Assembly (NCBI RefSeq): GCF_032191835.1
Contig: NC_083228.1
Span: forward strand, 22,692,001-22,756,000
Direction of reading: 5' to 3'
Source of the DNA: Heteronotia binoei
Lineage: Eukaryota
Length of the DNA stretch: 64,000 nucleotides
In this document: in pieces, positions 10,186 through 20,867 of the stretch
Layout of the letters: the number at the start of each line of letters is the position of its first letter
Numbering within the stretch: position 1 is the first letter of the stretch
Notes under the pieces: generated by a model
Told to the model about the DNA's origin: nothing
What the model saw: only the letters and a program-made list of their open reading frames with translations
The model's database searches: none
Program-made: the position numbers and the translations under genes

Positions 10186-10346
10186 CTCTGTAGCTCAGTC
10201 TTGTAGGCCAGGATGCGAGCATTGCAAACCATCAAGTTTTTAACCGCATGCAACGTCTGGTCTTTCTGCGTGGTCACAGCAAGCAGTTTACAAATTCCTT
10301 CTCGCATTCGCATTTCAAAGTCAATTTTTTCTTGAATGCTGAAACC
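10186..10346 (-). CDS. RTKN2: Rhotekin-2 coding exon 2 (161 nt, HR1/Rho-binding region)
   Basis: ttctgttcag|GGT TTC AGC ... CAG AG|gtaac; IQEKIDFEMRMREGICKLL..QKDQTLHAVKNLMVCNAR matches human IQEKIDLEIRMREGIWKLL..QKDQVLHAVKNLMVCNAR. Confidence 0.93.
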
Positions 10347-10747
10347 CTGAACAGAAAAACACAAATTGTTCTTTAATAAATCCCAAATGGCAGAATTATG
10401 ATAGAACAGCCTCAGTTAAAATAGAAACATTTAATGATTTCATTAAGTGCAGAAGCCAGAGGCATTTTGTTAAACAACAATGACAGAAAATATCTCAGAC
10501 CTGGAGTTTGTCAATAAGGCACCATTAGAAGTTTTATCTTTAAGCTATATCAAAACAGATAGTTGTAAACTAAAGACAGCTGATGAATGCAGATGCTTGT
10601 GCTGAAATAACAAGAAATTTTTAACTCAGGGCAAAAGACATGTAGGTATTTTTGAAAGTGTCCCATTAGTTAATTAGGCTCCTTCTTGGTAGAGGGAAAT
10701 ATGGTTGCTATAGAGCCCTCAGGTAATGGTATGGAGTCACTCCCAGC

Positions 10748-10953
10748 TAGGGCTGCCAATCTCCAGGTGCAGCCTGGAGATCTCCTGCTATTACAGTTCA
10801 TCTCCAGACAATAGAGATTAGTTACTCTGAAAAAAATGGCTGCTTTGGAGGGTGGACTCTACAGCATTGTACCCTGATGGGGTCCTTCCACTCCCCAAAC
10901 CCCACCTTCCCCAGGTTCACCCCAAAAATCCCAACACAGAGCTGGCAACCCTA
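10748..10953 (+). mobile_element. hAT-type MITE, TAGGGTTGCCA-TIR family
   Basis: tagggctgcca...tggcaacccta; relatives at 20392, 33970, 38876, 58280 and 59422. Confidence 0.7.
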
Positions 10954-11967
10954 CTCTTAAGTATAAACTTACTACACTGAAATAATTGTCTTCTTAAAGC
11001 TCACATTCTTAGCAACAGAAACATCCACCTGCTTTTCCACTTGAGAGTGCATGTATTTTTCCTTTCATGAAGAATTCAGAAAAGGGGAGGGGGGAATCAC
11101 ACATGAAATAATCTTTAGGTTCTGTAACTGAAAACTAAGCACCTAATCTGAAAACTCCTATGTGGTGTAAGTTGCTTTAGTAGTCTTCCATTCTGACACT
11201 CAACTTTAGCTGAAACAGGGGACCCGCATTTTAATGTTTTCTGTGTATGCCCACCTTTCAACTTTTATAACAATAGTCAAGCACTGAAATAACTAAGGAC
11301 AAGATCCTGACTGCTTTTTAAAAAAGAGAGAAGAGGGGGGAAATGGCAGTGGTACAACTCTTGCTATCCAGTATACATATCCAGTTTTAGTTCTAACCTA
11401 CCAGTTATACAAAACCATTACTTTATATACCCTACTTAAGTGTCCTAGAAACATATATATTTTGCCCTTTCCCTCCTCTTTTAGCACAAGCAACTAGTAT
11501 CACTTTGCTTTCTGTTTCCCAAATTAATCTTATCACTGAAAGACTTCTTCACACATTCAAACCCTTATGTACCTGCAAAAGCCATACAGTTTCTAACTAT
11601 GAAGAACTCCCAGACTGTATGCTGCAAAAAAACAAAAACAACCCAAAATGCATTCTGAAGCATAAAGCCATTATGCTGAATGTAGCCACTACTCTATGCA
11701 TTCTCAGACAACATATAGTCAGTGACATCATAAGGGAAGCAAGGATGTACCAGGATTCAGCCCAAGCTAAAAGTGACTGGTGCATGGGAATCATAGCCGC
11801 CTCATCACACCACCTACAAAACACAGCGTCATCAAAGTGGGCTTGGGATATGGTATTAATTGGACCACCATTCAAAAAATACCTGCTCATTGTTCTTTCT
11901 GAGTACAAAAGTGAAAGATCTTTTGATATTTAATCCCCTGCCCTGCCAGAACCATATTTACCAAAAA

Positions 11968-12780
11968 GAATGAAATATTGGACCTACCTGAAGTTTCTTT
12001 CTCTTCAGCGTGTGTGTGTGTGGCGGGGGGGGGGAGTCATCCAGAACTGGTTAGATCATGCCTCTGCTTGCTCTGATAAGGCTATGCAAAATTCCTTTGT
12101 GTGGCTCCTATTGAAAAGCCCTAGGCTGATCTTCCAGTCATGTTCAAGCCCTCCTGTCCATCTATTTTTTTTTCCTTTCTCTATTTTTTCCCCTTGGGTC
12201 AGAAGTGGATGACTTTGCCACCACTTAAGAGGAAGAACCTTCAGGTAGGTCCAATATTTCATTCACCTTCATTGGGGGAGGAAGTAATCCAGAACTGGTT
12301 AGCTGTACCCCAGCTATGTTCAGGTAGGATCCAAATTCCATTTTATGCTTTCACCACTTGTTGCAAAACCCAAAGGCTGCTTCTGCCCAAGTCAGCTGAT
12401 CTATTCTATAATGTCTCAATGTGGAGACTGATATCCACGTCATGGCTCTGAATATCTCCTCCACCATTGCTCTGGTGGAGTAGATTAGTGTTGGCACCAA
12501 CGTCCTGATGGAGTGCAGTAATCTCTTTGTGTGCCAGCAGGCCTTGAGCCTCATAAGCCTTTATGATGCACTGCTTGACCCAGTAGGTGATGGTGGACTT
12601 GGTTCTATGGTCTGTGTGAAATGAAGAGGGCATCTCACTGCCTGAACCCAGCCATTCTGTACAAGTAGATGCAAGGGCCCTGCAGAAGCCCAGCTTACAT
12701 CACAACCTTTCCTGTGGATGTTTTGAGTTCAGGCAGAATAAAGATGACACCTGTGGAATGCATTCAATTTGGGCTTCAAT
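11968..12780 (-). mobile_element. Second DIRS remnant (different family): YR C-terminus, ICR, right ITR and extension
   Basis: Minus frames FCLNSKHPQERL..KSTITYWVKQCIIKAYEAQG..EITA/HSIR..VEEIFRAMTW..TLRHYRID..AEAAFG; inverted repeat 11968-12005 vs 12226-12264; terminus TTCT. Confidence 0.8.
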
Positions 12781-12789
12781 CAGCATGGT

Positions 12790-13402
12790 TTTAAATAGCT
12801 TTCAAACATCTTGTAGGGGTTCCCCCTCAGCTTCCTTTTTACTATTCCCCTCATTTCTGTAAAGTTTCCTCTTTTGAAACCAAACGTTACAATAACTTTC
12901 CGTTGACTTGAGTGCTGAACTTAATAGAACTATAGTAACTGTTCCAATTAATGTAACAATCTCTACATCTCTCACCAGACCCACACAGAACCAAGTCCAA
13001 GATCATACCCCTCTGGTTGGCTCTGTGACCAACTGTTCCAGTGCACAGTCATTTATGATGTCAAAGAATCTCATTTCTACAGGACGACTTCAGCACGTTT
13101 ACCCAGTCAATGTAAGAGTAGTTGGAGTCTCCAGGATAATACCATTATCTGCTTTAGTCACCTCCCTTATTTCCTTCTCAAGCCTAAAAGGTTTGATCAG
13201 GTGGGCGACAGTACACCCCCACTTTTAAGTAAACTTGAGGGCCCAGAATTTCCACCCATATAACTTCTGTTGGGGAATTAATCCCTCTGACTTTAATTTA
13301 CTTAATTCTAAACCCTCTTTGATATAACTACCCCAACCAGTCTATCCCTGTCCTGCCTATAGAGCTTATAACCAGGAATAACTGTATTCCATAGATCTTC
13401 CT
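12790..13402 (-). mobile_element. CR1 ORF2 endonuclease fragment (degenerate)
   Basis: WNTVIPGYKLYRQDR..VGVYCRPPDQ..IDW..IINDCALEQLVTEPTRG..ILDLVL motifs across frameshifts. Confidence 0.85.
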
Positions 13403-13452
13403 AATAATAATTAATAGGGTGACCAATTAATGCTCATAGTTTGCATCACTGA

Positions 13453-13729
13453 AGATGATGATGATATTGGATTTATATCCTGCCCTATACTCTGAATCTC
13501 AGAGTGGTCACAAGCTCCTTAACTCCCCCCCCCCCAACCAAAGACACCCTGTGGGGTAGGTGGGGCTGAGAGCGCTCTTACAGCAACTGCCTTTTCAAGG
13601 GAAAAACTCCTACGAGAGCTATGGCTAACCCAAGGCCATTCCAGCAGCTGCAAGTGGAAGAGTGGGGAATCAAACCCAGTTCTCCAAGATAAGAGTCTGA
13701 CCACTTAACCACTACACCAAACTGGCTCT
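13453..13729 (-). mobile_element. Squam3-type SINE inserted in a repeat unit
   Basis: Full head and tail; ctgaa duplicated on both sides within the 114-bp unit. Confidence 0.85.
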
Positions 13730-14293
13730 GAACTGCATGGCCCTGAAGTGGTGGCTTGTAGCACCAGAGGGCTCCTCAGCTTGACTTGCAGTTTAGAGGA
13801 TGATGCAGTGGGTGATCTAATAATAGTCGTTTGCTTAATTGAGCCCAGTGACCCTACAATGCTGGCTTGACATCCAGTTTGCTGGATGATGAAATGGGTG
13901 ATGTGATAATGCCCACTGTCTGCATCACTGAACTGTGGGGTCCTACAATGTTGGCTTGTAGCACTGGAGGCTGCTCAGCTTGACATCCAGTTTGGGGGGG
14001 ATGATGCAGTGGGTGACCTAATAATGTTCATTGTTTGCTTCATTGAGCCCCATGGCCTTACAATGCTGGCTTATAGCACAGCAGTTTGCTGGATGATGCA
14101 ATAGGTGATCTAAAAATGCCCATTGTCTGCATCACTGAAGTGCATGGCCCTACAATGCTGGCTTGTAGCACAGCAAGGGCTGCTCAGTTTGACATCCAGT
14201 TTGCTGGATGATGAAATGAATGATGCAATAATACCCAATGTTTGCATCACTGAACTGCCCAGCCCTACAATGTTAGCTTGTGGCACCAGAGGG

Positions 14294-14999
14294 TGTGGCA
14301 GAATTCCAAGTGAGACTGGGCCATTTCTGTCTGGCAGCCATTTTTGTATAGTACTTTACCTTAGCTTATGATGCTCTATTTGGTTCTTCCTCCCATAAAG
14401 CTCTGAGTCTAGCTAAGTGCTGCATTTTTCCAATCAGTGCATTCTGACCTAGAAAATAGTTTATATTTTCCCAGTCCATGGTACTTAGCTTCCTAAGCCT
14501 AAAGACAGATTACCAGGCTCTGTAGGAACTCATGATATGGTATATGTCTAAGACCTTCCCTCTCCACCAATAGTATTTGGAGGGGAGTCAGAATAGTCTG
14601 GGACTTCAGGCCCTCAAAAATATTACATTAAAAACATGCAAAATTCATACCTGCTGTGTGAGGAATAGGGATTTGTCAAGTGCATTTACAGCTATATGGG
14701 ATTCTACACGTACATAATGTTAGTGTTTGCTTTTGTTCATTTTTGATCTGTTCATTGTTGATCCTTAGGGGTCTTGGCAGATCAACAAGGTTATATCCTT
14801 TATCAAATTACAGTGCACTCTAATGGTATTTGACTAATTCTGTATGGTGTATACTAGAATGTTATAAATTTGAAGGCTTCTGCATTATGGTTTTCAAGAT
14901 TCAATAAAGTTTCTAAGATAAAGCCAATGCATTCTCTCTTCTTGTGGAATCTCTCTTGCCAGTCTTAATCCAGCCCATAGAATTTCCTGGACTCTGACA
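14294..14999 (+). mobile_element. Solo-LTR-like insert
   Basis: Begins TG(TG)GCAGAATTCC and ends GGACTCTGACA; TATAAA near 14864 and AATAAA near 14903; splits a repeat unit. No clean TSD. Confidence 0.45.
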
Positions 15000-15351
15000 T
15001 CCCTCAATAGAGAGCTGCTCAGCTTGGCTTCCAGGTGGGGGATGATGCAATGAGTGACTTAATAATGCCCATTGTTTGAATCACTTAGCTCTGTGGCCCT
15101 ACAATGCCAGCTTGTAGCACAGCGAGGGCTGCTCAGCTTGACATCCAGTTTGCTGCATGGTGCAATGGGTGGTCTAATAATGCCCATTCTCTACATCATT
15201 GAACTGCTTGGCCCTACAATGTTGGCTTGTAGCACCAGAAGGCTGCTCAGCTTGTCTTCCAGGTGGGGGATGATGCAGTGGATGACCTCATAATAACCCT
15301 TGTTTGCTTCATTGAGCCCCATGTAGCACTGGAAAGCTGCTCAGCGATCCT

Positions 15352-15591
15352 GTTCACTGTAGTGGTTAAGATTGCAGACACTGATCAGGGAGAACTAGGT
15401 CTGATTCCCCACTCCTCCACATGCAGCTGCTGGTGTGAGTTTGAGTCAGTCACAAAGTCTCTCAGAGCTGTTCTTGAAAGAGCTCCAGCCCCACCTACCT
15501 CATAGTGTGTCTGCTGTGGGGGAAAGAAAGGAGATTGAAAGACGCTCTGAGATTCCAAGCAAAGAGAAGGGTATAAATCCAACTTCTTCTT
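15352..15591 (+). mobile_element. Squam3-type SINE inside the array
   Basis: tgtagtggttaag..gagaactaggtctgattccccactcctccac..gggtataaatccaac(ttc)n. Confidence 0.8.
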
Positions 15592-16419
15592 ACCTTGACT
15601 TCTCATTTGGGGGATGATGCAGTGGGTGACTTCATAATGATCATTATTTCTTCCATTGAGCCCATGGCCCCACAGAGGTTTTAAATTATAAACAGTGCAG
15701 ATTTGAAAACTCTAATATGTCAAATTTATTGCATTATAATGGTTGTAAGCTGCTCTGAGCCCTGGTTGGCAGGGGCTGAAGCAACATTTATTTATTTTAT
15801 TTTATTTTATTTTATTCGATTTATATCCCGCCCTACCCCACCGAGGTGGGCTCAGGGCGGCTCACAACACAAAAAGCTAACAAAGTCTAATAAATTTAGT
15901 CTAATTTAAGTCTAATAAAATTTAAGTCTAATAAAATTAATTAATATAGTGCTGGCTTGTAGCACAGCAAGGGCTGCTCATCTTGACACCCAGTTTGCTG
16001 GATGATGCCTTGGATGCTCTAATAACGCCAACTGTCTGCATGGCACTACAATGCTGGCTCGTAGCACAGCAAAGGCCTCTCAGATGGACTCACTCCAGGG
16101 CTTCCCAGGCGACACCTGGTGAAACCCACCCACCTGCCCAGCGAAAGCCCAGTGGATGCTGGGCCTTAAAACTCGCTCTGTCGATGCATTCTTTGATGCT
16201 GCCTGAGGAGCCCCAGTAGGTAAGTCAAGAAAAATACTGGAGAATCCCTGGACTGCGATTGGGAATTCCACTTCCATGAGGGAAACCCAACAGCTGACCC
16301 GGTATCCCAATGGGAATTCTCTTGGGCACCTCAAAGCCAAGGCGACCAAGCACCAAGCCCTGTCCTAGGCCACCCCTCCATTTCTTAAATCTTTCATTAT
16401 CTCTCTCCCAGTTTGGTGT

Positions 16420-16701
16420 GAGCCAGTCTGGTGTAGTGGTTAAGTGCACAGACTCTTATCTGGGAGAACCAGGTTTAATTCCCCACTCCTCCACTTGCAC
16501 CTGCTGGAATGGCCTTGGGCCAGTCATAGCTATCACATGAGTTGTCCTTAAAAGCGTGGCTGTTGTAAGAGCTCTCTCAGCACCACCTACCTCACAGGGT
16601 GTCTGTTGTGGGGGGAGAAGATAAAGGAGATTGTAAACTGCTATGAGGCTCTGATTCAGAGAGAAGGGTGGGGTTATAAATCTATAAATCTTCTTCTTCC
16701 T
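16420..16701 (+). mobile_element. Squam3-type SINE, full length
   Basis: gccagtctggtgtagtggttaagtgcacagactcttatctgggagaaccagg...(tct)n tail. Confidence 0.85.
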
Positions 16702-16799
16702 TAGCAGGAGTGCAGCCCCATGCAGAACAGGGAATAACAACAAACAATAAAACAGACGTATAGAGCGAGATATAAATGCAATATCATCTTCTAAATGCA

Positions 16800-17300
16800 A
16801 TATCCCTCCCCCCTTTCCTCTCGGAACCTGAGGGGCTATGCTCAGGGCGGGAAACCGAGCGCTCTCTCTCACACACACACACCCCTCACTCACCGACTGT
16901 TTCGCCACCTGCCCGCCGGCAGAACCGAACCCCCCAGTCTCCCGCCAGCGCCTCATTGCTCGCCGGAGCCAAGGCCGCCTCAGAGCCGCCGCCGCCGCCG
17001 TTCAAACTCCCCGCCCCGCCTCCTTCCTCCCAGCTCCGGCCCAACCGCCGCGGCGACCCCGCCTCCAGCCCCAACCGCCGGGGGCTCCGGCGTTGAATCG
17101 CGCAGAGCGCCCAGAGGCCGTTGGGAGGCTTCGGGCAGCGCCTCTAGCGTTGAAGGGGCCGCGAGGAGGGCGCGAGCGGTAGCTGTGGGACGGCCGCTGG
17201 AGAGCGTCGCGAGTCTCCTCTTCAGCACAGCAGGCAATACCAAAGAACGGTTTTCTTTTCGTGAGTGGCATTGGAAAAGCAAGCGCTGAGCGCCACGAAG
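16800..17300 (-). promoter_or_regulatory. RTKN2: CpG island / promoter and 5' UTR of RTKN2
   Basis: Very high GC and CpG density; GC boxes (ccccgccccgcc near 17009); encloses exon 1. Confidence 0.85.
16894..16956 (-). CDS. RTKN2: Rhotekin-2 putative coding exon 1 (MRRWRETGGFGSAGGQVAKQS)
   Basis: ATG in the CpG island, 21 codons, strong donor TCG|gtgagt, phase 0 as exon 2 requires. Human first exon has about 20 codons, but the peptide is not similar. Confidence 0.62.
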
Positions 17301-17422
17301 AAGAAGAAGATGATGATATTGAATTTATATCCCGCCCTATACTCTGAATCTCAATCTCCTTTTACCTCCCGCGCAACAGACACCCTGTGACGTGGGGTGG
17401 GGCTGAGAGAGCTTTTACAGCA
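17297..17422 (-). mobile_element. Squam3-type SINE 3' half
   Basis: gaagatgatgatattgaatttatatcccgccc...gggctgagagagc abuts the CpG island. Confidence 0.75.
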
Positions 17423-17479
17423 GAGAATCTGAGCAGATTGGATTCACAGATTCTGGGTGGGATTGTTGACCCCCCGTCA

Positions 17480-17665
17480 AATTGGGATTAAAGTTTAGGA
17501 GCACTATTGGACCGTTTACTGCTCTTTGAGCAACAAACTGATGCCATGGCCTTAAGTGACTTTTAACAGTAGCATCTGATTAGGAAACTTTCCTCTCTTC
17601 TCAGCTCTGTTGACCTGGCCACCCTCATCCATGCTTTTGTAACCTCCAGACTAGACTTCTGTATC
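17480..17665 (+). mobile_element. L2 ORF2 fragment
   Basis: Translates to LATLIHAFVTSRLDFC, an L2 C-terminal motif. Confidence 0.7.
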
Positions 17666-17680
17666 ATACTGTGTGGGTAA

Positions 17681-18090
17681 ATTCAGGTGGGTGGCCATTT
17701 TGGTCTGAAGCAGCGGAATAAAGTTTGAGTCCAGTGGCATCTTTAAGACCAACAAAGTTTTATTCAAGATATAAGCTTTTGTGTGTATGTATGGGCACTT
17801 CTTCAGATACATTGAAAGGAGTTGGAAATCCATACATATAGGTAGAGGGTGAGCAGCAAATTAGCATACAGCATATTAAAGTTGTTTGACCATCCTTGCA
17901 ACCAACTTCACCTAGCCCAATCATTTTTGTTGCAGTGCCCTCCTATTGGGAGATTTGGTAATCCTCCATAAGAGCAGTGATATCCTTGATGACTGAATGA
18001 ATAAAAGAATAAAACTTTGTTGGTCTTAAAGGTGCCACTGAATTCAAATTTTGTTCTACTGCTTCAGACAACATAGCCGCCCATCCGGAT
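17681..18090. mobile_element. Penelope/Poseidon-type element with inverted pseudo-LTR ends
   Basis: 17681-17765 is the inverse of 18007-18090 (gtggcatctttaagaccaacaaagttttattc / gaataaaactttgttggtcttaaaggtgccac); hammerhead-like motif at 17769-17810. Confidence 0.7.
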
Positions 18091-18914
18091 GTATTCTTGG
18101 TGACTGTTTTGATCTTATAAAGCGATCTGCCAAAGGGATTATTGCAGGACACCCTCTTTAGTTCACTTTTACAAATTTCTGTTTTAGGAAGCTTTTTATT
18201 TATTCATTTGGTCAATTTTTATGTCACCTCTCCAAACTTGAGGCAGCTCACAATTTTTTCTGGCCGAACTCAGTAAAGTTTTGAATGGGCTTGTCTTCTT
18301 TTCAATAATAAGAGTACTGGAAAATGTTATGGCCTGCTTAATTATTAAAACAACGGTTTGTGCATTTTTTCTAAGCTCCTGAGAAATCTATATAAGTGGG
18401 ATCACATTTTTAATTTTAAAAAAATTTCAAGATAACAGCACGAAGGGCAAAGATTAAACCCTCCTGTACCAGTGCTGCAACCCCAATCCACATTGACCCT
18501 GGGCTGCTTTTTAAGGCTCAATTACACAGGTAGTGCAATCACAGGTTGTACCATCTGGCATGCAGTTTGTCCACAAAACATACCCTCAATCGCTCTACAG
18601 TGGCAGGGAAAGATTTGCATGTGGGGAAGTTTAAGTGTTACCATCTTGGAAAAAATTTGATCATCCATTATTTCACCAGTAAATTCATGGAAGGGTCTGT
18701 GAACTCTTTCATCTACTTATCACTCCTATTTAGTACATTTAATTATATTATGTTTTCCCTCTTATTTGCTGATTTAAATATCAGGTAAGGGTGGGTGGTG
18801 GCTTATAAATGTTTTTATTTGTACACATTCAAATAGCTTATTTCATTCCCTGTATGTAAAGGAAGTTAATTAAATGTTAAAAGGTTATTCCAGAATAAGT
18901 GCTATATGCTTTTG

Positions 18915-19121
18915 GTGGTGGAAAGTGCGAGTCACAGATGATTTATGGCGACCCCCATGGCGTTTTCAAGGCAAAAGACTTTCAGAGATGACCTGCCATT
19001 GCCTATGTAGCAAACTTGGACTTCCTCAAACATCTGCTATCAAAGTAGTAACCAGGGCTGACCCTGCTTAGCCTCAGATCTGACAAGACTGGGCTGTGCT
19101 GGGCCATTTGGGTCAGGGCAA
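18915..19121 (-). mobile_element. 5S-derived SINE
   Basis: Reverse of gccctgacccaaatggcccagcacagcccagtcttgtcagatctgaggctaagcaggg...ggcaatggcag. Confidence 0.75.
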
Positions 19122-19846
19122 TATACTTTCCGTCTGACAAAAATTAAAAGAACACACTTTAGAATCAACTGAGATTAAAGAAATACTTTCAAATATCCAA
19201 AGTGAACAAACGAGTAATATTATTATCCAGATTTCAAAGATGAACTGATTAAAACTCTTATTCTGAAAATAATAATAATAATTTTGAAGTACTTGTTACT
19301 GTCAGAGGAAAACTGTCCATAAAGATTAGTACAGAGATAGGGAATTTCCCCCTTGTGTATCTTTTATTCTGAATACAGGAGTTTCTTTTTTGTAAAATGC
19401 ATATTAAAAGCATAGAATAGAAGATCCATTGACTAAAGTACTGGCTTGCATTGTTCACTAAATTGACTGGCTCCTTATGCATTTTCACTTCCAGGTCCAA
19501 AATACTGAAGCTTTCTTGGAGATTGAAACAGACTTCTGTAATAAAAATGATCCCGTACAAGGGAAAAAATGAATATGTCTCAAAAAGCAATTTATGAGCA
19601 GCCAGTATTAACTACAACAAACAGAGGGGAGAAAATGACCTGGAAGAGTGATGATCACACAGTTCTCTGCCACAACAGTCCCTAAAATTGTTTCCATATA
19701 GAAATCAAGGAATCATAGATAATAGAGGTGGTTATGGGTAAAACATATAATCTTGTTCAGAAATAAATGTTTGTTTTCTGTTATTATTAAAGCAATTAAC
19801 TTCCCGTAAAATAAGTAGTCTTGAACTTATCTGTTACACAGACACA

Positions 19847-20029
19847 CAGGGCTTTTTTTGTAGCAGGAACTCCTTTGCATATTAGGTCACACACCCCTGA
19901 TATAGCCAATCCTCCAAGAGCTTACAGGACTCTTAGTACAGGGCCTACTGTAAGCTCCAGGAGAACTGGCTACATCAGGAGGGTGTGACCTAAATATGCA
20001 AAGGAGTTCCTGCTACAAAATAAGCCCTG
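19847..20029. mobile_element. Fully palindromic hAT MITE (~180 bp)
   Basis: CAGGGCT...AGCCCTG with the whole body self-complementary; flanks CAGACACA / CATACATA. Confidence 0.85.
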
Positions 20030-20391
20030 CATACATACACACACACCTATAAACCTGGTTCAGTTTATTTGCATAAGAAAAGCTTGCTCTGCTAAAGTGT
20101 GAAGTGACTGCATGGAGGACAGGCAACAATAGGACACCTGTACCTTTAGTAGTTGAGCAGACAAAAGAATTTCCCACAAATGTCCTCTTCTATACAAGCA
20201 GCACAGGAAGATGACCTTAGATTTCCAGTGCAATCCTAAACAGAATTATACCTTTCTAATCCTTTGAGTCAAAAGTCTTTGACTCTGCCTGAGATGGCAC
20301 AGAGGTTAGAATCGTACAAACATTTTCCTGGGAGTATGGCCCATTTAATAAAATGGGGCATACTTCTGGGTAGACCTACTCATACTGCTCA

Positions 20392-20867
20392 TAGGGTTGC
20401 CAATCCCCAATTGGGGGCAGGGGATCCTCTGGTTTGAATGCCCTCCCCCTGCTTCAGGGTTATCAGAAAGCAGTGGAAGGGGGGGTTTGAATGTCCACTG
20501 GGTACTACATTATACTCTATGGAGACCCACCCCATAGGGTATAAAGGAGAATCAATCAGGAGGGCTGTTTTTTTAAGTAGAGGCACCAAATTTTCAGCAT
20601 AAAATCTGGTTCCTCTCTTCAAATCCCCCCCCCCCCCCAGTTTCAAAAATATTGGATCAGGGAGTCCAATTCTATGAGTCCCAAAAGAAAGTGTCCTCAT
20701 CCTTCATTATTTCCAATGAAGGGAAGACATTTGGAGAAGGTGTGTGGTCCCTTTAAATGTGATTGCCAGGACTCCCTTCAGAGTTCAATTGTGCTTGTTA
20801 TGAACTTGCTCTTGGCTCCACCCCCCAAAGTCCCCAAATACTTCCTGAGTCAGACCTGGCAGTCCTA
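20392..20867 (+). mobile_element. hAT-type MITE, TAGGGTTGCCA family (long form)
   Basis: tagggttgcca...tggcagtccta; reverse copy at 59422-59912. Confidence 0.7.

Larger units (their letters stand above)
13410..16090. repeat. Diverged ~114-115 bp tandem repeat array, about 12-14 units, interrupted by SINEs and an LTR-like insert
   Basis: Recurring ctacaatgctggcttgtagcac..gggctgctcagcttgacatccagtttg..gatgatgca.tgggtga.ctaataatgcccattgt.tgc.tcattga; two variant unit types. Confidence 0.85.

Noticed and set aside
11505-11933. 142-aa plus-strand ORF (and 103-aa antisense ORF)
   Set aside because: TTG start, no recognisable domain, intronic; length is compatible with chance.
13730-16090. 114-bp unit as a 38-aa coding repeat (GPTMLACSTRGLLSLTSSLLDDAMGDLIMPIVCITEL)
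   Set aside because: The consensus is stop-free in one frame, but real units have 1-bp and 25-bp indels and 115-bp variants; no frame is maintained and no splice context was found.
13410-16090. CRISPR-like array
   Set aside because: Vertebrate DNA; units are contiguous diverged tandem repeats with no unique spacers.
16420-16500. tRNA gene
   Set aside because: A/B-box-like head without a full cloverleaf, continuing into a CORE/L2 tail: SINE head.
16776-17289. Long GC-rich ORFs in the CpG islands (also 34622-35364)
   Set aside because: Stop-poor because of GC content; low-complexity Pro/Arg/Gly with no homology recognised.
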